This document shows, piece by piece, positions 55,312 to 64,000 of a stretch of 64,000 bases of DNA. The DNA lies in assembly GCA_951406725.2 (NCBI GenBank), contig OX597826.1, forward strand, positions 65,100,001 through 65,164,000, written 5' to 3'. Within the stretch, counting starts at the first letter, position 1. Every line of letters begins with the position of its first letter. A program made the position numbers and the translations under genes. The notes under the pieces were generated by a model. It did not search any database. It was not told where the DNA came from and saw only the letters and a program-made list of their open reading frames with translations. This DNA comes from Octopus vulgaris. Taxonomy: Eukaryota.

Positions 55312-56770
55312 TTTTCTCTCCTTCTTAGAGCAGTACAATAGTTGAACATGTTTTTTACTAAGAGTTAACTATTAAAACACTTGAGTGAACCAGATACACT
55401 GACGCAAGTAGAGCTATGTACTTTGCTCATGGACACAACCTAATGGCTGTAATCATTGATCCCACCAAGATTAGTAGTACTACACTTTTAACACCTTAGA
55501 TATTGTGCATCATTATCCATGGTATATTCATTGAACTGTGTGTAGACAAGCACAAATGTTGTATCTGGCAGGCTTGATAATTGTTGAGAGTTCTCTTAGC
55601 ATGAAACCAATAGAAGGTTTGTTAACCACAAATAGACAACATTTATCCATCAATGCAGTGTTGAGCACTCATCCTCACTGTTCAATATTAACGTGTGTGT
55701 GTGTGTGTGTGTGTGTTGAGACTACAACAGAAGAAACTTGCTCCAGGTGTTACACAATGAGAGAACTCAAAACCACATGATTATAAAGCAAATCTAATAA
55801 CCACACAACCATGCCAGTTTGTAAGATATATTTTTTTAATTTCTCACAAGTAACAGAATATGTTCTTTAAAACTTATGAATGAATGTATTATCAACATCA
55901 TTATCATCCTTTATTCCATGCTTGCACAGATTGGATGCATTTCAAAGCATCAATTTTAGCACCTTTTCAAATTCAATATCTTTACCACTCGTGGACATGC
56001 TTATTAAGTCAAAAGCAGTGCAAAATCCATGACTCTCAGAAATACTTTCTCACACACAGAATTATTGAAGTACCAAGTACACTTTGTAAAGTGGCTGGTG
56101 TCAGGAAGGGCATCCAGCCAAAGAAACCATGCCACAATCCTCCAAATAATCAGATCCTGTCCAACCTTCCAACCCATGCCAGCATTGAAGCTGAGTGTTA
56201 AATGAATTTTTTAAAAACACTTTGACATGTAAATGCATATTTCATGTTTAATCTGTCATTGAAGAAATAAAATTTAGGCATTCAATTCTCAGTTATTATC
56301 CTTCTCACTGAAATCTTATCTGTTATTTAAAAGTAAGTCACTCAAACTTATCTGTTAAATTTTTCACACAACACCGAAACTATTCACTGAGTATCAAGAA
56401 TTTCTATTATTAATAATAATTAGGGTAGCAGACAGATGCTTTAAGCAATACTTTATAACAAACAGAAGTGAAAAATTTACTAAAGATAGTCTATTCACAG
56501 AAAAATGTTTACAAAAGATTTTCCTATTGACAGAAAAAAATCTTTAAAAAATTGGAAGACACTCGAAAGAAAAACATTTCACTCATTAAAAGATGTACTG
56601 CAACCAGAATTGTTAGTAATTATTGTTGGGTTAATGCTTCCTAAGAAGGATATTTCAATTAATTGAGAATTTTTGTTAGCATAGAGCATTCATTAGATCA
56701 CTTTTTAATTTGGTAATTAAATGATATGAAAAGAAAAACAATGTTCCAAGTGCAAATAATTAAAACTTAC

Positions 56771-56954
56771 CAACTAAATAAGTTAACACTTTGCTGTTAG
56801 TATGAGTTTCAATTTCGTTTATCCATTGGATAAGACTGTCATAAGATGCTTGGCAGCAAACATCATAAACGACAATAAGAGCATTTGCGGATCTGTAGTA
56901 TGACTGAGTAATGGAACGGAATCGCTCCTGGCCAGCAGTATCCCATATCTGCAG
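56771..56954 (-). CDS. RAB30: Rab30 internal coding exon (184 nt): LQIWDTAGQERFRSITQSYYRSANALIVVYDVCCQASYDSLIQWINEIETHTNSKVLTYLV(G)
   Basis: Acceptor ttacag and donor G|gtaagt. Contains the G3 WDTAGQE motif and RFRSITQSYYRSA. Confidence 0.96.
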
Positions 56955-57636
56955 CTGTAAACAATAAATTATAAACGTTACACAAAAGAAATGGAAATTT
57001 CATTAGTTTAAGATTCTCCATGAAAATACATTTTATGCTGGATTCAATGAAAAAAAAAAAAAAAACCATAGCTGTTACTCAGAATTAAGGCTGACTTGGC
57101 AGCATGTACCATGCTTTTGCTAATTGTTTTAGGGACACATGTAATCACAAGTAGACACATACTCTTTTGGTCTCATCACCCATGACCCAGCAGAACATCG
57201 TAGATGTGATAACTGGAGAAAGAGATGGCTGTCCTAGCACTGGGACTGGTACTTATTTCAGCTGAATAGAATGAACCAGCCTTCCATAGTGCCACAGTGT
57301 GCTATGCAACCTAAGCATCAAAACCATAAGCTTATGATTGTCAGTTCAATACTACACCAGGTCACATGGTAATCATTCAATGTCAACAGGCAAAGAAATC
57401 TAATAGTAACACTTATGTTTTTCAAAGGACTATTTTACATAATTTTAAATACAATTTTATATTTTGATATCAATTTCAGTTTTGAGATACTGATTTCAAA
57501 TATTCATTTCAAACCTTTACTAAATGATGACAAATAACTATATATACACAGTATATGTCACTTAATTTGATGAAATTCTTTTAAATCGGAATTAATCTAA
57601 TTTCACTTATATCAACTTCAATACTTATTTTAGTCT

Positions 57637-57832
57637 AAGGCGGCGAACTGGCAGAAATGCTAGCATGCGGGGCGAAATGCTTAGAGTTATTTCGTCTGCC
57701 CTTACATTCTGAGTTCAAATTTCACCAAGGTCCACTTTGCCTTTCATCTTTTCAGGGTCGATAAATTGAGTACCAGTTGCGTACTGGGGTCGATCTAATC
57801 AACTGGCCCCCTACCCCAAAATTTTGAGCCCT
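57637..57832 (+). mobile_element. Family A SINE, plus orientation
   Basis: AAGGCGGCGAACTGGCAGAAATGCTAGC...GAGTTCAAATTTC...CTTTGCCTTTCATC. Confidence 0.85.
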
Positions 57833-59006
57833 GTAGTCTAGCACTTATTTTGTTAATCTGTTTGCCAAGACACTAAGTTAAGGGACATAAAGGGACACAA
57901 CATAGACATAAACATTGTACACGTGTTTTATCTTTTACTTGTTTCATTGAAACTGTGGCCAAGTGGGGGTACCACTTTGAGGGATTCAGTCAAACAAATC
58001 AGCCCCTGTACATATTTCTAAGCCTGGAACTTATTCTATCCGTCTCTTTCATCAAACTATTAAGTTACACAGACATAAACAAACCAACAGCACTTGTCAA
58101 ATGATGGCAGGAGACAAACATACACATATATACATGTGTGTATGTGTGTGTGTGTGATGTGCTTCAACATAGCTTCCACGTACCAAATTCACTCACAAGG
58201 CATTGGCTGGACTGGAGGTATTGTACAAGACACTTGACCAAGATATCACACAATAGTACTCAACCATTATTTTATACATATACACATACACACATATAAG
58301 GGTTTCTTACTATCTTCATCGACCAACTTTCCCTGACAAATTAATTTAGGCTCCAGTAAAAACAGAACCAAGTGACCAGGTGACAAAGCAACCTTCTTAA
58401 CCACACAGCTATCTCTGTAGCAATATATGAAATTTCCTATTTAGTTATATTCTTATATTTGCAATTTGTAAATTTCCTTTAAATAGTCATTTCAACTGAA
58501 AAACTTCTCCCAAGTAACAAGTTTCATATAATCATATATGCTTATCTATATATTAATTTTAAATTATTAGGTAAGAAGCATTTTCACAAAAAAACTAAAC
58601 AGAAATTATATTAAAATTATGTGTTTACATTAATATTATTTTTGTTTTCAATCACATTTGCTTTAGTTTTTTAAAAAATGCATAGAAGCATTTGATGAGT
58701 ATTCTAAATTTACCCAACATCAGTGAAAGAAAAAAAAAAAATCTTAATTATACCAGTTATCTCCCTTCTCCCAGAAATTGCACCTGCTCATTCAAATTTT
58801 TTAACAACCAAGTTTTTAGTTGGAGAATCTTGAATTATTTAATAAAATTTAGAAATAGACAATTATACACACACATACAAGTAGATATAAAGACATAGAA
58901 TACAGAATTTATAAACACAGAGGAAAACCTCCAAAATTTGAGAATGCAGCTTCTATGTACAGAATTCAACTTTGATTTGTTTACTTTATATAAAGATACA
59001 TACTTG

Positions 59007-59074
<68 letters not shown>

Positions 59075-60104
59075 TACACATCATTAGAGATGCAAAATCA
59101 TGTATAAACAAAAATGTGCCATCCCAGATATATGAGTACTACACCAAATTTGCATGCATTTCAACCCAGTAGAAATCTGGTTACTGAAGTACAAAGTATT
59201 TCTTTCTTTAAGTGAAAGCCAAGTTGTTGCCTTCAAGAGTTTTGGTTAGAAGCTTTCAGAAAAATTGGAAATATAAGTTCAAAAATAAGTAATGAAAGAG
59301 AACAGGTAATTGTTTATGAGAAGTACTATTACTGATTACAAAATTGCAATAAGTAAAACTACATTATTTTTACAACACATTCTCCAATTAGAGTTTAATG
59401 GTAATTAAGCTATTGTTGGAGAAGATAACAACAGTTCTCACAGAAGAAATAAATGGATATCTATGATTGTTGTTATCTGTATGCTATTATGTGCAATGAA
59501 CAAGGAGATGAGTTTAGAGTAAACAAAAGAGTAGAGTAACTGCTTACATCGTACCATAAACATCAATGAATTTAGTGAAGAATACAAAAATAAAAGGTTA
59601 TTGGTTAAGAACAAAATCTGGGAGAAAACAGACATTTATAAGATTCTAAAGATAGTAGAAAAGAGTTTTAAGGAATCAGTATCAACAGATGTTGATATTA
59701 TATATCTGATAAAGATACTACAGATACAGAGAAACTTGGATATAAGCTACTGAGAGGCGAACATCATCATAATCATTTTAATGTCCTCTTTTCCATGGTT
59801 GCACTGGTCAGACAAGTATGTTTAGGCAGAGTTTTTCTACAACTGGATGCCCTCATGTTGCCAAACCTCAACTATTTCCAAGTGAGATAATTATCTCCCA
59901 ATCTGCTGAACAGCACCCAACCCAGACATGCTTTTTTACATTGGGAAATTGAAGCCAAGATATTTGTTAAGGATTGTTTTGTTTACAAAGATCACACAAC
60001 ATGTCAAGACATGCCAGAAAGAAAAGATATCCTTTTGTTGATGGATTGCAAAGCAATGATACTGGCAGGAAGCCACTGTTTAAAACCAGTGAAAACAAGG
60101 GAAG

Positions 60105-60415
60105 TCCATCCACCCACTCACTCTCGAGGTTGAGCCACTACTTCTCTGCATCGGGATGTCACAGCTCTGGCGCTATGGACATATGATTAAAATGTAATAG
60201 GAAAAAATCATATGATGAATTATTGAAGCCCAGCTATTTGGCTGGAGACCTAGGAGTACACATATAATGAGATAGTTGGGTAATATTCATAGTCTCAGTT
60301 GGCTACGCTTGGGAATCCAGATGGAAAATGTAATGATGGTTGCTTCTGATAGGATCCTATATAGGAGGTGTCTGAGGACTCTACCCTCACGACCCCTTCA
60401 GGAATAGTGGATGGA
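60105..60415 (-). ncRNA. Candidate structured intronic RNA or cis-element (unidentified)
   Basis: Terminal complementarity TCCATCCAC/GTGGATGGA, extendable with G-U pairs on the minus strand, encloses several hairpins. No other copy seen in the window. Confidence 0.45.
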
Positions 60416-60447
60416 GAGGATGGAAGTTGTAAAAACACAATTCTTAC

Positions 60448-60531
60448 CTTAACTTTATCCCCGTCAATTTCAACGCTTTTTATCATGAAATCTACTCCTA
60501 TAGTAGCTCCCTGACCAGGTGGAAACAATCC
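60448..60531 (-). CDS. RAB30: Rab30 internal coding exon (84 nt): GLFPPGQGATIGVDFMIKSVEIDGDKVK
   Basis: Acceptor cttcag and donor AAG|gtaaga, phase 0/0. GLFPPGQGATIGVDFMIK is the Rab30-diagnostic switch I region. Confidence 0.96.
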
Positions 60532-61509
60532 CTGAAGTAAAGAAAGATAATTTTGATAAATGTTCATTAAAAACCTTCCTTGATTTCAAATATAGACAAT
60601 CAATCAATGCAAATATATGTCATATCTTGTAAAAAAGTTGAATTTGGGAGAAATGCTGATGGTGTACACTGGCAAATAGTGTTGCAAAAAATTTAAACAA
60701 TGGAATATCAATGGGAAAGTACAGAAATTTAGTGTTTTGGATAAAATATTTCATCAATGTGGAGGGAAGTAACATAGAAAGACGAATGTTGTGGAGGAGA
60801 GGACACAGAGAAAATGGGAAGAAAGGAAAGCCAAATTTGAAAAAGACATTGAAAGGAGGTGGTAAAAACAAAGAAAAGCCATGCAAAAACCCAATAACAC
60901 ATTTTTTTTTTCTCCTTCCTATTTCTTTCCTTTCTTACCTTGCAAGTTACTTGGCAACCTTGCTAGTGCTAGTGGCACAAAAAAAAAAAAGAAAGCAACC
61001 AGTACACTTTGTAAAGTGGTTGGTGTTAGGATGGGCATGCAGTAGTAGAAACCATACCAAAGCTGGCATTGGGACTCAACGTGGCCTTATGGATCATCAA
61101 ATCCTATCAAAACATTAAACCCCTCCTAGCATGGAAAATAGACATTAAATGATGATGAAGAGCTTCATATATACATCCACTATATAAATAATGTATGAAT
61201 TTCTTTCACATTACTTGTGTCCACTTCCAAATTCCTCCAACTCCCTGCTCATTTCAGTCATCGTTTTATATTCACATCTCTTGCCTCACAACTTCTGATC
61301 CACAACTGCCATCAATCACTCCTCATCTGCTTCTATTTCTCTCACTGTCATTTCCTACCCCTGCTACAGCTTCACCACCACATCTATTCCTTCTCATCTC
61401 TTAAGCCTACTCCTATAACTTACACCTCACAATGACTTCTGAAAGCTCACCACCCTCATCTACTCTTCCTCTTACCTGTTCCCTTCTCCCCACCTTTCAC
61501 CCACAATCT

Positions 61510-61918
61510 TATTTCTTTATTGTCTACAAGGGGCTAAACATAGAGGGGACAAACAAGGACAGACAAATGGATTAAGTCGATTACATTGACCCGTGTGTAA
61601 CTGGTACTTAATTTATCAACCTCGAAAGGATGAAATGCAAAGTCAACCTCGGCGGAATTTGAACTCAGAACGTAGCACCAGACAAAATACCTATTTCTTT
61701 ACAACCCACAAGGGGCTACACACAGAGGGGACAAACAAGGACAGACAAACGGATTAAGTTGATTATATCGACCCCAGTGCGTAACTGGTACTTATTTAAT
61801 CGACCCCGAAAGGATGAAAGGGAAAGTCGACCTCGGTGGAATTTGAACTCAGAACGTAACGGCAGACGAAAAACCGCTCAGCATTTCGCCTGGCTTGCTA
61901 ACGTTTCTGCCAGCTCGC
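61510..61918 (-). mobile_element. Family A SINE dimer
   Basis: Two tandem units joined at AAATAC|CTATTTCTTT (61690/61691), with a single tRNA-like head at about 61870-61918. Confidence 0.85.
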
Positions 61919-62399
61919 CCACAATCTTATAATATGGGATAGCACTAGACCTTCCCCCTCTACACAACCTGCCTCATCATCCTTACCTTTCTGTCTCTCC
62001 ATCCCTCACTAACAACTGACACTAATCCCTTCCATTTTGCCAGTTCCTTTCATACTCCCTCCTCCAATAGTAACTACTTTGTTACTCTCTCCACTACCAC
62101 CAACATACAACTATAAATCAGCTTCTCTCAATATTTAGTTTAAGTCATCTCTCTCTCTCTCTCTCTTTCATGTACAGGAATCTCCCTTTAAGCTCCTTAG
62201 TCTTACAAATTGCAAGGCAGCATCACTAGTGGTGGTTTTAGAAACAAAGCACCCAGTATACTCTGTAAAGTGATTGGCATTAGGAAGGGCATCTATCCAA
62301 TCATAGAAACCATACAAAAATGGGAACACAACATGGTCCTCTAACCCAGCTAACTGTTGAAGCATCCAATCAATGCCAACATATATATGTGTATGTATG

Positions 62400-62441
<42 letters not shown>

Positions 62442-63299
62442 CATACACACACACATATATAAATATATAATCATATGTAAATATAAATATATAAACACAC
62501 ATATACACACAAACACACATACACACAAACACACATACACACACACACACATATATATATACTAAATCCAAAAAAGAACAAACACAAAAATACAATGCAA
62601 GGATGTGGTACATGTAAAGTATTAGCAGATGCTCAGGGAAGGAAAGAAAGATGGTTTAACATTTCAAGCAGACACTCTTCTTTGGAAACAGAGGAAAATC
62701 CAATAGAAGGGAAGACGGAAGAAAATCTCCAATGAACACACACACATACTCTACTCTCATACCCACTTGTTGGATATTGCTCTAGAAATCGGACGAGGTG
62801 GTGGGGGTGCTGTGGTTCATTGTAATTCACTGAATAAACTCTGTATCAAAGCTCTATGAAAGCTGGCAAGCATTTTCACATATCTTCGTTTCAGGTGATG
62901 ACAAAATTCCCACAACTACCTTACTGTAACCATTCCCAAATACTCAATCTCAGGGCCGCTACCATCAATGTTGAAATAATGAAAGGAAAGAGTGGGGAAA
63001 TTGTTGAAATGTTAGAGTGATGCCATGTTGATGTATGTGGCATACAAGAAGATGAAGGGGAGCCTCAGCTAGATTCAAATTCTTCTAGGTCAGCAGGAAT
63101 GATGGAGTGAGTGGAGTAGGTAATTGAAGTAGTCAGAGTATGTGATATAATTAAGATGAGGTACATGTTCTGTGAGTTCATGCATGCTAGGTAATGCACA
63201 ACAGAGAATCAAGACAGCATTGGTGAAAAAATGTCTATGGAATGATAATAGTACACTTCCTCTTATTGACACTGAAGGAAAAAATAAGGTACAGAAATG

Positions 63300-64000
63300 C
63301 TATTACAAGAGGTAGCTGAATAAGGAAAATGCAAAGGAGTCTTTCTATGGTGAACTCAACAGAGGGATCTAAGTCAATAACAGTAGTAGATAGAATATAC
63401 CAGTGAAATGCTTGAAATCTTTGGTAAAGTTGGTTATGAACTAATCACCCACATAATAAATTTGGAAGTATGGAAAGATGTCATACCAAAAGACTGGTAT
63501 AGTAGCAGTATCATTTACTGCTGCAAGGGTAAAGGAAATTCTCAAGAGTGAGGAAAATATAGAAGTGTCAAACAGAGTAAATAAAGGAAGTTACAGAAGG
63601 ATTTGTAGCTGAACTCATTAGGAGGAGAGCTGACCTAAATGAGATGCAGTTCATCAATGTGTGTGTGTATACACACTGACTGATACCATATTCTTTGTGA
63701 GACAGCTATAGAAGTATTTAGGCAAATGTAAGCCACTAATAAATGGCATTCGTTAAACCAGAGAAGACTTAAAATAGGGTTCTATACACAGAAACTGAGT
63801 GGTCTCAGAGAAAGCTAGAGGGAGATCAATGGCCTGTGAGTTGCAGTCAGCAATGAGTTCAACAACAAATAAACATTTTGGTAGGTGCCTATCAGTGCTC
63901 AATCTTCAGCCCTGTTCTGCCTTCCAAGCTATAATGGAGGAGTTCAAGACTAGCTATCCATGAGAACTCTTAAATGCAGATGACATCATTTTTACAGCTC
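63300..64000 (+). mobile_element. Decayed RTE-like LINE reverse transcriptase fragment, runs off the window
   Basis: Degenerate EMLxxxGxVG...IPKDW.SS.I..CCKGKG...KYRSVK, and ELLNADDIIF (YADD-like) at the window end. Confidence 0.7.

Noticed and set aside
60212-60349. Box C (ATGATGA) and box D (CTGA) snoRNA on the plus strand
   Set aside because: Antisense to the host gene, weak terminal stem, and no recognisable rRNA or snRNA guide.
60325-60410. U17/snR30 m1-m2-like motifs (UAUUCCUG, CAACCAU), or telomerase/7SK identity for the structured element
   Set aside because: The motifs are imperfect, ACA spacing is wrong and there is no room for the 5' hairpin. There is no CUAACCCU template and no 7SK GAUC-paired 5' stem.
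60295-60567. 90-aa ORF as a complete gene
   Set aside because: Only 60448-60531 is Rab-like and it is bounded by canonical splice sites; the flanks are intron read-through.
25853-62613. Many short ORFs rich in CV/HT/YI/poly-T/poly-I
   Set aside because: They are translations of (CA)n, (TA)n and trinucleotide microsatellites or of SINE bodies.
60532-64000. First coding exon of Rab30 (P-loop GNAGVGKT)
   Set aside because: Not found by eye on the minus strand; presumably beyond the window end.

Overview
AT-rich eukaryotic genomic DNA dense in microsatellites, SINEs and transposon relics; the repeat content suggests an octopod cephalopod (inference, not verified). Two convergent protein-coding genes are supportable: a single-exon DRAP1/NC2-alpha CDS (+, 2925-3629) and the last three coding exons of Rab30 (-, 60531-60448, 56954-56771, 49955-49705), whose first coding exon was not found and probably lies beyond 64000. 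The rest is mostly tRNA-derived SINEs, Tc1/mariner/maT relics, TTAA-type MITEs, RTE-like and RLE-type LINE relics, a Gypsy integrase fragment and a 33-bp minisatellite. The best lead is a ~310-nt non-repetitive, multi-hairpin element closed by a terminal stem 32 nt inside a Rab30 intron (60105-60415), with partial resemblance to RNase MRP/P conserved regions. Other leads are a ~200-bp intronic inverted repeat, a possible Rab30 3'UTR intron with a distal terminal exon, two fossil minimal hammerhead ribozymes, SINE multimers sharing one junction, and a twin-priming-type LINE inversion. All family assignments are by eye; no searches or folding were run.
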